DNA from: Oikopleura dioica
Lineage: Eukaryota > Animalia > Chordata
Length of the DNA: 64,000 nucleotides
Direction: 5' to 3'
Assembly: GCA_907165135.1 (NCBI GenBank)
Contig: OU015569.1
Coordinates: 2,542,001-2,606,000 of the forward strand
Below the pieces are notes generated by a model, which saw nothing but the letters and a program-made list of their open reading frames with translations, did not search any database and was not told the DNA's origin. Shown here in pieces: positions 48,469 to 59,561 of the stretch. Position 1 is the stretch's first letter. Each line of letters opens with the position of its first letter. The position numbers and the translations under genes were made by a program.

Positions 48469-50076
48469 ACTAAATACCTTATTACTTGCCAAGATCCTTT
48501 TTGCGTTATCGAAGCTCGCTTGAGCGTCGTCATTCCACTGAAATGGTTTATTTTGCCTGTTCAGCACAGACATTTCTTTGACGATTGAGCTGAATGAGTT
48601 GATGGCCACTCGGTCACCAACGTTGCATGAGATCCAGCTTTTCCACCAACCAAGGGTTCCGAGGACTGACATTAATTCCTTCCTGTTCCGCGGTGGCTGC
48701 AATTCCTTTATTGCTTTCATGTTTTCTTCTGGGATGCTTATCCCTTCCGCGGAAATTTGTCGGCCCATGAATTTTGTTGATCGCCGGCCGAAATTGCACT
48801 TTTTTCCCCCCAGCTTGACGCCGAATTTTTCGCAGGCATCCAAAACCTGCTCCAAGACCTGAAGATGCGTTTCTTCGTCACGGCTATGTAGCAATATATC
48901 ATCCACATAGCTTTTGAAGTTGTTTTGTAGCTTCACCGTCCCTAGCATTTTTGCGACACATTTGCAAAATGCGTCGCCGCTGTGTTTCATTCCAAACGGC
49001 ATTCTGATGTACTGATACAGCTTGTCCTTATAATAAAAATTCGTTTTATGTCGGTCGTCTGGGTGGATTTCCATGTTCCAATATGCCGCGTTTATATCAA
49101 TGTCAGAGAAGATGTGGTTTCCAGTCTCAATGTCCGCAAACAAACAATCTATATTTGGCACGTTCCAGATGTCCGTCTCCTCTGTGAGGCACTGGTTAAG
49201 CCCGGACTTGAAATCGGAGCATACTCTTATATCGTCGTCTTTTTTAGGGACAATGACTAGTGGACTGTGAAAACCCTTTCCGTCGGGGCACTCCTCGATT
49301 ATCTTCCCATTGAGCATCGTTTCCATCTTACCATCTACTTTCGGTTGCAGATGTTTGGCTATTGGCCGCGGTCGAGCGCTTTTCGTTAATCCAGGGATTG
49401 TCGGGATCCTCACTTGCTCCGAAAACAGGCCTACTTTATCGTTTGGCCCTTTGAAAACTTTTTGCTTTCGGAAGAGGATGTTGATGAATCGTTCGAAATT
49501 TTCACCTTTGAAGATAGTGTTGTCGAGTTTTAGTTCTTTCGTTTTCTCCAGTAGTTCCACCTTTTGCTGCGTCGTTAATTTGCTGACTTCCATCCTAAAC
49601 AGCGCGTTGACTTCTGACCAAGGGAATAGGACCCTTCGGCCAGAGTGAATCATTATTTCCATTCCATAACCGGCGATTTTGAAGTTTCCGTGCTCGCTGC
49701 TTGAGTGTCCTATGATAAAATCTTTGCCGAGGATTGCCGGCAAACCTTCTCTCACGATGTAAAAGCATACACCGCGGAATTTGTAATTTGATTGGTGAGC
49801 TTTCACTATTGCGGATATCCTACCAATTGATTTTATTCTTCCACATCCGCGGAATTCCATTGAAGTTGGCTCGATAAACTTGTGAAGTGACGATGGAAGG
49901 AGATGCATTGGCAAAATACATTTGTCAGATCCGCTGTCGACCAATGCAGTGACTTTTAGTGTAAATCCATTCATCATAAGCGTAATTTTTGTGTTGAAGA
50001 AAGAATTAGTGATATTTGTGCTGCACGATAAGCATGCTGATAATTCGCACTCATTACCAGCATTTATAGAAAAACC
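48466..50076 (-). CDS. pol: Pol, protease plus reverse transcriptase part (entered by -1 frameshift from gag)
   Basis: ALVDSGS protease; SPLVIVPKKD..IRVCSDFK..LN, SDIDINAAYWNM, RMPFG, SYVDDILL, KCNFG. The pol frame is open upstream of the annotated ATG and overlaps the last gag codons. Confidence 0.95.
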
Positions 50077-51098
50077 GACGCTTCATTTTCCTCTGGTAGA
50101 CGTTCTTCTTCATTTGCTTGAGCAACGAAAGTGTTGGTCTTCTTACCGCGGTCTTCTTGTCGTTTAGGTTTCTCGTGACGAAATCTGCAGTTTTTGACTC
50201 TGCAGTTCCCCGCGGCAAAATATTTGCATATTGGCATTTTTGACTTTGGTTTCTGGCTCTGGCGTGCGAAAAATACTGATCCGCCCTGATTGGTTGTTTG
50301 AGAAATCAGGAATTCGACTTTTGTCGCGATTGTTTGAGCATCTGAGATTTGAGCCCATTCATTGGCCATGTGTGCATGCACCGAAGGTTTCGTGACTTTC
50401 AATCGCCCCGCGATAATGCTCGCAGAAACGAAGTCGAATATGTCATCCGCGGTTGGAGCATTACTATCGTCGTTTTCTTGTGTGCCCGGGTTCTTTTTCA
50501 TTTTGGTTCGGCGGATTTGAGCGCAAATAGCGGCTTTAGCCGGCTCCATACGATCTTCTATGTCCTGCGCGTACTTTTTCCACGGTGAATTTTCGTCGAA
50601 TTGCGTTTCCATTACTCTTGTTAAGAGTTGCAGCGCTGATAATCCCGAATCGTATGTTAAATTTAACCACTCGCGCAGCTCAATCCAAGTTTTCGTCGAT
50701 TTTGTTGCGTTTTTAAGCCGCGAGTAAATTGAAGGGCTGAAGCGCAGCTTAACCTTTGACGCGAAGATTTCGTGCAATTTTGGGTCATCGGCGATATAAA
50801 TTTCGTAAATTTGTGTTACTTTGGAAGTGAACACCGATGTTTCATCGAAATCTCGCCCGCTGTATGTTAATTCGTTCAGGGCATTTTCCGCGGATTTGAT
50901 CGCACTTGCCTGCTCTCTTGTTAACTCGTTACCTTCCACTTTGATCCCGTCGATGGCGATGTCCAGCTTTGCCTTGAGTTTCTTCTGTAATTCTTTTTTC
51001 TCTTTTGTGGCTGCTGAATTTGGCGAATTGAGCGCCGTTATTTCTTCATCTAGCTCAGCGATCGTTTCTCGGATCCATTTGAGAGTTTCGAGCGACAT
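50064..51098 (-). CDS. gag: Gag-like protein, 344 aa, with a C-terminal CCCH finger
   Basis: First ORF after the PBS; N-terminal coiled coil; CKYFAAGNCRVKNCRFRH near the C-terminus. Confidence 0.9.
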   Translation of the reverse strand: MSLETLKWIRETIAELDEEITALNSPNSAATKEKKELQKKLKAKLDIAIDGIKVEGNELTREQASAIKSAENALNELTYSGRDFDETSVFTSKVTQIYEIYIADDPKLHEIFASKVKLRFSPSIYSRLKNATKSTKTWIELREWLNLTYDSGLSALQLLTRVMETQFDENSPWKKYAQDIEDRMEPAKAAICAQIRRTKMKKNPGTQENDDSNAPTADDIFDFVSASIIAGRLKVTKPSVHAHMANEWAQISDAQTIATKVEFLISQTTNQGGSVFFARQSQKPKSKMPICKYFAAGNCRVKNCRFRHEKPKRQEDRGKKTNTFVAQANEEERLPEENEASVFL

Positions 51099-51360
51099 GG
51101 CGAAAAGCAGTTAGGTGACTCTTTTGAATGGCGTTACCTTATTGGTGCACTCAGATTTCAATTTCGATAGGTTTCGAAATTGCTGAGTGACCTCCGTGAA
51201 GGGTTTGATTCCCGCTCAGGATTAATCCACGTGATTGGCTGAAACCACAACTTGCGTTTTCCTCTCGGCGAATTGGTCCACCAAGATGATTTTCTTCCCA
51301 AATTAGCTTCTCTAGATGGCTGGCTGGGAATGGGTGTTGTAGGACCGTGGGGTCGATTTT

Positions 51361-51371
51361 TCCTGGTACCA
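51361..51371 (-). promoter_or_regulatory. Primer-binding site TGGTACCAGGA, 3 nt inside the 5' LTR end
   Basis: Begins TGG (complement of tRNA CCA). Complementary to the 3' end ..TCCTGGTACCA that I recall for vertebrate tRNA-Leu(UAA). Confidence 0.8.
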
Positions 51372-51374
51372 GTA

Positions 51375-51567
51375 TGTTGTGGTAACGATTTGCCTTGCAA
51401 GAGAATTGGAGAGCAATTATCCGCGGTTTTTATAAAAGCGTATATTAGGCTAGTTTTCAAGTTAAAGAGTGAACAGAAAACGAGGCTTGCGCCGGCGAAA
51501 GTTATGAACAGCAGGTGCACGAGGCGAATCTCCAAATAAGGGAATCGGCAGATTCGCGATCACAACA
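51375..51567 (-). repeat. 5' LTR (193 bp)
   Basis: Direct repeat of 46150-46342; contains TATAAAA. Confidence 0.97.
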
Positions 51568-51599
51568 GTAACATGCGAGTCGGACAGGAAATTGGAAAG

Positions 51600-53000
51600 T
51601 TAGATTCTCGTGTTGCTGTATTCTGTGTAGACTTTTGTTCGGCGAGAGCGGTTCTTGTTCTTTCTCGACTTTCGCTCATCTTCACTGTTTCGAGCTGGAT
51701 CGTAAACTGATAAAGACGGCTGGAAGTTAGCATCAAAGGCGTCACCAAGTGAGGAAGAGCCTCCAGAAGAACTTGAAGAAGATGAAGACGACGAGCCATT
51801 TGAATTGCGCCTTTGTCGTCTGCGAACTCGCTTTTTCGGATTCTCGCTCGACTCCGAACTCACGGATGACCTGATAAGTTAAGCTGATTCTTTCGAAAGC
51901 TGCTTATTTTTTTTACCTGTTGAGGAAAGAAACGACAATGAGGATCAAGAGTAAAAATCCAGCGGTTCCGCCGATGATTCCCCAGCCCACTTTCAAGTCA
52001 ACAGCTGTCGTATCATCTAAGAGGGAAATGAAGACCTTCTGAAGAAAGTTCATCTACCTACCTTGATACATGAAATAAACAAGAGATCCGGCAACTGTAT
52101 AAAACACCAGTTGGCCTACTGTCATCAAAGTCGCCTGAAAATATGTCGTTTTCATAAGAATCGTTACAAATACCTTGAGAATATTGCTGAATTTGTTCGC
52201 CAGTGCAAATCCCTGAAGAATAATGAGAAATCCAATGCTCGAAAATGTCCCAATAACGATGCTCTCTGTTTCGTCGAAAATTCTCACTGAAAGAATGAAA
52301 TCAACAACGACAGACTCTTCTTTAGTTTTACCTTCTTTGAGGACTTTTAGGTCAATTATCTCGTCGGGCTTTTCGACTGTACGTCTAAGGCAATCCGATC
52401 CTATGTAGTTCATCGAATACGCTGTAAAATCGACATCAACAGTCATTTTCCAAAGTTTATTTCCAGTATCACCAAAGGATTCAGTTTCATTCGATTTCAT
52501 TTCAAAGCCTTCCAGCTCACACTCTTTGAAAGCATTTCATGGAAAAGACGGTCAAAAATTTATCATTACCATTAACCGCGAGGTTAAAAAGATCATCAAA
52601 GTAAACAGCATTCGGTAAATCAGCTTCTTTGCTAAACGCTTTTGTTTTAACTTCTGTCTTTACAACGAGCCGGTGGGTTTGCGCACTCGCTATCTTTCTC
52701 GGTGAAAACAGAGTTTATCTAAGATGAGGTGCATGTCATCTGTATCAATCACTGTCCTGTCTGTATCTGAAGCGCGAGAAAAGATAAAAAAGGAAGCATC
52801 ATGTTCTGACCCGTCAACGTTTGACAAGTGAAGTCGTAATACCTGCCACAACTGCGCGAATTACGCGAAAATATTTGACTAGCGCTAATAATGCCAATAT
52901 GACAATATGATAAAAGAGCATCCGAGACTTCCTGCACAAACTTCCACAAACTCAAAATTCCGAAAACAAAAGTGTATTTTCCCTTTTTTGTTTCATCCAT
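51600..53000 (-). CDS. Multi-pass membrane protein, claudin/clarin/PMP22-like pattern; 5' exons uncertain
   Basis: Hydrophobic segments VIGTFSSIGFLIILQGFAL, LMTVGQLVFYTVAGSLVYFM and VGWGIIGGTAGFLLLILIVVSFL, joined by GT-AG introns. Ser/Arg-rich tail ends at TAA 51600. Confidence 0.5.
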
Positions 53001-53183
53001 TTTATCGCGACTTTTGATTAAACCTCAGTCGCGTTTTCAAGTAATTTGCAATATAGGAATTCTATATTCGTGCAATAGTTCAAATGTTCGTTGAATTCAA
53101 GCATATTTCTGTATATACTTCACCACAGTATATATTCAGATATACTTTATTCATAAATATTCAATCATAAATCAGCGATTTCG

Positions 53184-54147
53184 TCATTTGTTCTCAGAAG
53201 CAGATTGAAGGAAGTCCTCTAAGGTGCGCTAGAAACGCTCAATTGGAAAGACGAAAACAACCGATTGATTATCACCTGGTGACGGATCGAGTTTAAATGA
53301 TGGAGCAGTTGAACTTCGCTGTTCATAATACAGTCGCAGGGCTTGCACTTGTACCTTCCAATTTCGCGCTTTTTATCCGCCTTCCTGTCCATCAACCCAA
53401 GCTCGATCATTTTATGTTTTGTCGATTGCACATGAGCCTAATCGAATAAATTCATTTTCGAACCCCTTTTTCAACCCTTCTGACCTTGAGTTGTTGAGCC
53501 GAATTTAAAAAGAGATTGCACGATTTGCAAAATAAGTCTTCGTTTTCCGTCGCCTTTTTGATTTCTTTCACCTTTTCGATAAATTCTGGCAGCGGGTCGG
53601 GAATAGTTAGCATTGCGCGTTTTAGAATCTTTCGGTTTTTCAGAATTGCATTTGAGCATTTTTTCTTAAAATCATTTAGAAAGCGCTATTTAGGGCTGGT
53701 CTTGGCAACCTGTTTATAAAACCTGAGTCAGGACATGGAATATATGCAATTACAGCCTATTGAAAAGCCGCAAAGCGGCTTCGCAAAATTATCTTTTCAA
53801 TCTAGTGTTGAATTCTAGCGGCTTTACGATAATGATCATTCAGCTCTGACTCTGGTTATTTATACATGTTATTGAGCTCACATTTAGGGATCTAATCGTA
53901 CCTTTTTCGAGATAAATCCATTTGCCAATTGATGCGTTAGAGGAAGTTTGAGCACTTGGGGCGAGTAAAACATCATCGGCTGGACAACTCCCCGTTGAGA
54001 ATTGCCCATCAAAGTCTGTTGGTTTGGAATCATGTGTGGCAGAGTCATATTCGGAGTTTGTTGGAGCATGGTATTGTAAAAGTACACTGGCGGCTGAGAG
54101 CTTCCGTTGCCGAACTGGGTTGAACTGGGCTTGTGAAGAGGATTCAT
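53184..54147 (-). CDS. Matrin/U1-type zinc-finger protein (ZNF385/ZMAT-like), spliced
   Basis: FCKSCNLFLNSAQQLKAHVQSTKHK and YKCKPCDCIMNSEVQLLHHLNSIRHQ after splicing; Q/P/M-rich N-terminus. Confidence 0.75.
53694..53868. mobile_element. Family A MITE in an intron
   Basis: ttggcaacctgtttataaaacctgagtcagga ... aagccgcaaagcggctt ... ctctgactctggttatttatacatgtt. Confidence 0.75.
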
Positions 54148-54571
54148 TCCTATTCCTCAGTGGTTGTAGCTCGATTCAGGCTCAGATTTAAATTCTCTAC
54201 TGGTGCAAGATTATTTTTGTGACACAATGCAGTTCTTGCTGATAATGGGCAACACGAAAATTAAACGGATAATTATCGCGACCCTCTTTATTTACGAGCT
54301 GCTGAGGGACTTGCAAGGAAAATTACTCCCCTGCAGATTTATGCGTTTTGGGCCCCACGCGACCACTCAATTCGAAATTTAGATCATTTGAGTTTCTCTG
54401 AGCTTTCCTTGGAATGAATGAATTAGTTTTCTTGCTGCTGTAGGAGATTTTGCGACTATTGATGCACTGCATGACATTTCTGCAAACCACCATTTTATGA
54501 AATGAATACAACGAAGATCGAGTTCAAGTCGAAGGACGTATATTTTTCGTAGATTTATTTACTTGAATGCA

Positions 54572-55647
54572 TCAATTCATAGTAATGTTGATGAGAAGAC
54601 GGTGGTCCTCATCACCTCCAACTTTATGTCCTTCAACATAAAATTTGACGCGCTCTTTTCCTTCGCCGACAGTTTCGCTCCAATCATCGTCGAAAAACAG
54701 CTCAGCTTCTTCCTTAGGCTTATCGTGCCAACAATCAAATATTTCAACATCGACATCGAAATCAATTTTTGGCTTTTCTCCTAAATAAATAACACACTCA
54801 TTAGAAATTGTAAAAAAATCTACCGAAAATGGTTTTGCCGTTGGTTTCGATTTGAATTTGATAATCTTGCCTCCCTTTCCATCGCGCGTTACCCGCGCTG
54901 TCCTCCAAGCACTTGATAATCAGTCTCCAACCGTCTTTTTCGACATCGAAGTTCATTCCTGATGATGTCTTTTGTAAGATTTTACGAGTTACATTCACCC
55001 AATTGCAACAACTTTAAAATAAAATCTCCTTCCTTAATATGCACCTCAGTTGCTCCAGCAATAATCAAAGCCAAGACATTTTCGATGTCCTTTTCGTTCA
55101 TCTCCTTCCATGTCGAATAATCCCCTACTTCGCTTCGATATCCATAACCAATTTTCGTAACTCCCTCCAGCTCTTTAATATATATATTTTATCAACTACT
55201 AAGAATAACGCTAAAATACCTGAGTCATGCTTTTCCAATCCAATAGCTCCAAGAAAACTGTCGAGCTTAGTCGTTGCCGCGGCTTTGCATTTTTTCTTGA
55301 GTTCGAGATCATCTTTTGCTTTCTTGGCCTTCTTAATCGCTGCCTTAGCTGCTTTCATCGCTGCTGCTTCGTCTTCAATTTTACATTCGGCGACAGCCGT
55401 GAGTAGGAAACGCTGTCTCTTCGCGCAAGTTGAGCACCATTTCTTGCCTTCCCAAACTCCAAGTGATCTAAATTTTTTCTCATAATTATGATAACATCGT
55501 TTCAACAAACTCTTTCTCGCTGCAGCGGTCGCATAACTCTTCCTTGATTTCAACTTTCTTTTGCTTCTCAGCACTTTCATCCTTTTGGTCCATATTGGCT
55601 TCATCAACATCCATCTTCCGTTTTCCTTGTGCCTTCTTGGGAGCCAT
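54572..55647 (-). CDS. Hypothetical protein(s): MAPKK-start charged protein with a CxxC..CxxC motif; downstream ORF may be the same gene
   Basis: ATG at 55647 (MAPKKAQGKRK). A 43-nt GT-AG intron yields CDRC-x14-CSTC. Further exons run to TGA at 54572. Confidence 0.45.
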
Positions 55648-55914
55648 TTTCGTCGTTCGTCGTCTCTCGATTTTTTGAAGACTGAATCTAAAATCTCCGG
55701 CACGCCCTTTTAAACACCTTTCGAGCCGAGTTCCAGAAAAGGCGGGCGCTCAAGACCGGTCTCACAGACGAGTTTCGGAAGAAAAAATGAGTGTATTCGA
55801 TTGAAAAGATTCAAATTGAATGATTCGACTTCATTTTCAGAAGTTAATTTTTTATTATTTGCCAAAATAAGACGGCTCGGATAAGATTTACAGACTGATC
55901 AGTAGAGAAAGACA

Positions 55915-58548
55915 TTAACTCGGCGGAGTACTACACGAAATACTTGAGAAGTTTGTTTTCTGAGTGTCGACGGAAATGGTTTTCTGGACAGCTTGCTTGG
56001 GACTTGTGTCTTGCGCTTTTTTCTTGTGGTAAATGCTTCCGACGAAATCGGGGATTTTGAGAAATATTGGCACTGAGTGGAAGCAAACGACGATCTTCCA
56101 GGCGAGATGCGAACAAAGTCCTCTCACAGGGTTGAAATAGTGCGTTTCCGGATCCCAATCGACCGAGAAGAACCAAGCAACAACGACCAGAAAGTTGAAT
56201 GTAGCTCGGAGGATTACTATTAAATGAAATAAGTTTCAATACAAATTGAAATGCTCGAGAAAGACCGGGGCATCAACTGTACCTTCCAATAAATATTTCC
56301 TGAAGTTCTGGAGGCTCTTCTTTGGAATATTCCAGCTGTAGTTTTCCGCCTCTTCTTCTTGGCATCTAATATGGCATTTGACTTTTTGCAGCGCCGCCAG
56401 TGAGAGAATTATCGACAGAATTCCCGGGCAGAGAATAAAAAACACCAGCATTGTCCAGAATGTAAATTTTTCTGAAAACTCATCTCCGACGATAACGGGG
56501 CTTTTTTTCTCGATTCAGACATTGATCTACTATTAGTAGCAATTGGAGAGAAAAGAATAGTCTGAAACATTCCTTAGGGTTACTTGATTGATTCTGACAA
56601 AGTCGCCGTTAGTCCGCAATCCGACCAGAACAAGCAGAACTATTGGCACCACCAGAATAAGGCCTGATAAAAGTCAAATAATCAAAATAAATTAATAAAA
56701 ATAATCTTACAAGACATGAGTCCAGCGTACAGAAAACTGGTCCCGATTTTGGCGGACACTTTGGAAAAGCAGGTGTTTTTCTTTTTGTTCATCAGCTTGT
56801 CGATTTCTCCAAGAAATGTAAGAGACACCAAAATGAGGAGAACTGAGTGCCAGTGGTTTACGAACCAGGCAAGGCTTTCCATTACTATAATCACTGTAGC
56901 GAACGTCTCTGTCAGTTCCAGGGCTGTTTACTGTATCCCGGGCTTGGTAACCTGTGTTGGCCTGACTCAGGGTTTCTTCACAGGTTGCCGAGCCCAGACT
57001 GTATCTATCTTCTATTTTGAGTTTTAATTTACAGTTAGGGTTAAAGTTAGGAGTCCTAATTTCAAAGAAAATAAGCAGCCCTGATCAATGGAGAAACTAC
57101 AGAAGCAAGATTTTCCACCCTGTCCAATTTTAAAGAAAGAACACCATCATCAGCCAGAATTCCGCCAAGAGTAGCCAGTTCTCCAATAATATGCGAAGCA
57201 CAGAAAAGAATCGAACTTGAAAAGGGCTCAAAAGTGACCTCGTGTGAACTCTTACAAGCTTCTTACGTATCCCTGCGTAAGCTGCTCGATTGGAGTAAAT
57301 AAACATTTAGGGTGACTTTTTTCAGCCGGGCCTGATGGCAATTACTGTCTTCCACAGGGCCATGTGCTTAATTTTGGGCTCTAAAAAGCTGTTGTCTTCT
57401 AACATATCGAGATTTTATTAAGAGCCCTAGCTTGATCTTGGGCTGCGAAATCATCAGGTTTTTCCGTGCGTTTCTGTTCTCGCCCTTCCATCTTTCCCAC
57501 GTGCCTTTTATACAGATTGAGTTCAAAATAAAAGACAGCAGAAATAAAAGAGCATTGAAGCCAAAGAACGCGTAGATGACCGGCTTATCGCAGCCGAATT
57601 TAAAAACATCGCCTTGAACTTGCGACTCAGATTGATTGCAAAAAACTGGACGAGGGATAATAAGCTCAAAGGAAGATGAGCTTGAATTGGTTTCAATGAT
57701 TCTTCTTGGCTCCAAGGAGACGTTATTTATGGGGGAGGAGGAAGAGGATACGACGGTTGTTGATTTTTCACTTGGTTGGAATGTACTATTTTGAGCGAAA
57801 GTCGATTCTTGCTCGGCTTTTATATCTTTATTGAAATTATTGAAATCAATTGAAATTAATTGAAATGATGTTGATTCAAGATAAAAGCCACTGACTGTAT
57901 GTGTCGGACTGATTGTTGATGTGGTTGTTGAACTGTATGTATTCAAGCTTTCAGTTGAGTTTACTGCAACTTTTAGCTTGACTACAGGCTCTGGTACTGT
58001 TAGTCTACTCGGGTTGCTACTACTATCGAGTCTTTTGATTTTGCTCCCATCTATGGATATTCTTCCTCTCTGAAATAATATACGATTCTTCCTCATTTAA
58101 CTATTTTCAATAGCCTCTTTTTTGCATGTTTCAGACTTTTTATTATTCTTCAGGATTAATTTATTGAGCTTGATAGGAAGAAAAACAAATGCTTTACCAG
58201 ATTGCTCAAGAATTTACTGTTGATTAACTTTAATTCTAGCGCTCTTGAATGGATGAAATATTTTAGAAGGCGCGCGTCTATTTTTAGAACACGAATTTTC
58301 TCTACCTGGAATAGTTTATCCCTCCTTTTATAAATGTCTTTCAATTCTTCTTTTCTTTCGAACTTTTCGTTGCTCACGATTTTCTTCTTTTTCTTATTTT
58401 GTTCGTCGTTTATTATCTCTGTCGAGTTTAACATGCTTGATGCATTTAGCGAACTCTGTATGGAAGGCGAAGAATTTAAGGGTAGTACAACTTTAGAAGT
58501 TTCTAAATGCATTTCCTGGTACTCACTGCTCTCATGTTTTCTCGCCAA
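55915..58548 (-). CDS. Candidate 7TM receptor with an S/T-rich mucin-like N-terminus; exon chain uncertain
   Basis: S/T-rich ORF 57368-58096 ends in a TM segment (VIYAFFGFNALLFLLSFILN). Further hydrophobic exons at about 57200, 56850, 56650, 56450, 56180 and 56100. Confidence 0.4.
56938..56997. mobile_element. Minimal 60-bp family A element with an 8-bp TSD
   Basis: ccgggcttggtaacctgtg..cctgactcagg..cacaggttgccgagcccag flanked by ACTGTATC at 56930-56937 and 56998-57005. Confidence 0.85.
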
Positions 58549-59024
58549 ATAACGTTGCTAATAACTATAGGAAGGTTTTCCTTAGGCGGCCCTAGGCGAT
58601 ATTCCAAGCACCACACTAACGTGACTGCTCCATTCAAATGTCACTGCCTCAGTACTTGCGGTGCTCTGACCCTGTTTTCCTTCTTTTATAGTCAACCGTT
58701 TTTTCCTTCTAAAAGTGCTCAACAGCCTGCGCAACTTGAAGGTTTCTCTATTTCATGGTATCGCTTGATTACTTTCGCCCAATTAGTAAGCTCAAAAGAC
58801 GGAAAACTTTCTTGCGGTTGCGGAAAATAGCAGATTGGAGTGATTCGGGTGCGATAAAAGGTCTTTTCTTAGGAAAAAGAGAACGCTCTAGTCTTTGGTT
58901 TACTTTACATGCGAATTTTTTCTGCTGAAGAAATAATTATTCATTTTGGCAAAATTGAAAATTTGGGCTAAAAAGACTTTATTTAATTACAGTCTTCTGA
59001 CAGAGTTTCAATCAGGAGAAACGC

Positions 59025-59561
59025 TTAAGCTTTGGTGTGGAATCGCTTCATGGTCATCTTCTGCTCGATAGCTTCGACAGTTTCAACGAGCTCGCCACCG
59101 ACGACTTCCAAAGCAATCTTCATCTTGCCCCCAGAGCCAACTCCGACGAGCTTGTCGCCTTCTCGGGTAACAGTAGCCTAAGCAGCAGATGTAGAAAGAA
59201 GAGGAATCCGTTCTTACCTTGAAGGGGTTTCCTCGTGGGCCGGTGAGCTCGGACTCCTGACCGATGGTGATGGTGTTGGTGTCGATCTTCTCGCCGTTGT
59301 TGTAGTTTCGGACGATGACAACCTTGTCGCCAGAATCGGTGATCTCAGTCACTGAATGAATTATAACAATTATGAAGGAAAACAATGTATTGAACTAGCG
59401 CACTAGATTTTTTTCAGATTTCAACTCTCTTTCTCTCTCTTGAACTCACCGCAAGAGGCATTGGCAGCTCTCTCCATAGCAGCTTTGTCGACGCCAAGGG
59501 CGGTAAGGAATGCCTCGCCGTTCTCGTTCCGGGCTTTGTTCCACTTTCCTGCAAGAGCCAT
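59025..59561 (-). CDS. Fatty-acid-binding protein / intracellular lipid-binding protein, 3 exons
   Basis: MALAGKWNKARNENGEAFLTALGV (GxW..ENF-type motif), ITDSGDKVVI, TITIGQESE, VTREGDKLV, EVVGGELVET, MKRFHTKA*. Confidence 0.88.

Larger units (their letters stand above)
46150..51567 (-). mobile_element. Full-length Ty3/gypsy LTR retrotransposon (5418 bp), probably Tor-like, no env ORF
   Basis: Two 193-bp LTRs (TGTTGTG..CACAACA) identical by eye. 4-bp TSD GTAA at 46146-46149 and 51568-51571. Primer-binding site (PBS), polypurine tract (PPT), gag, and domain order PR-RT-RH-IN. Confidence 0.97.
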
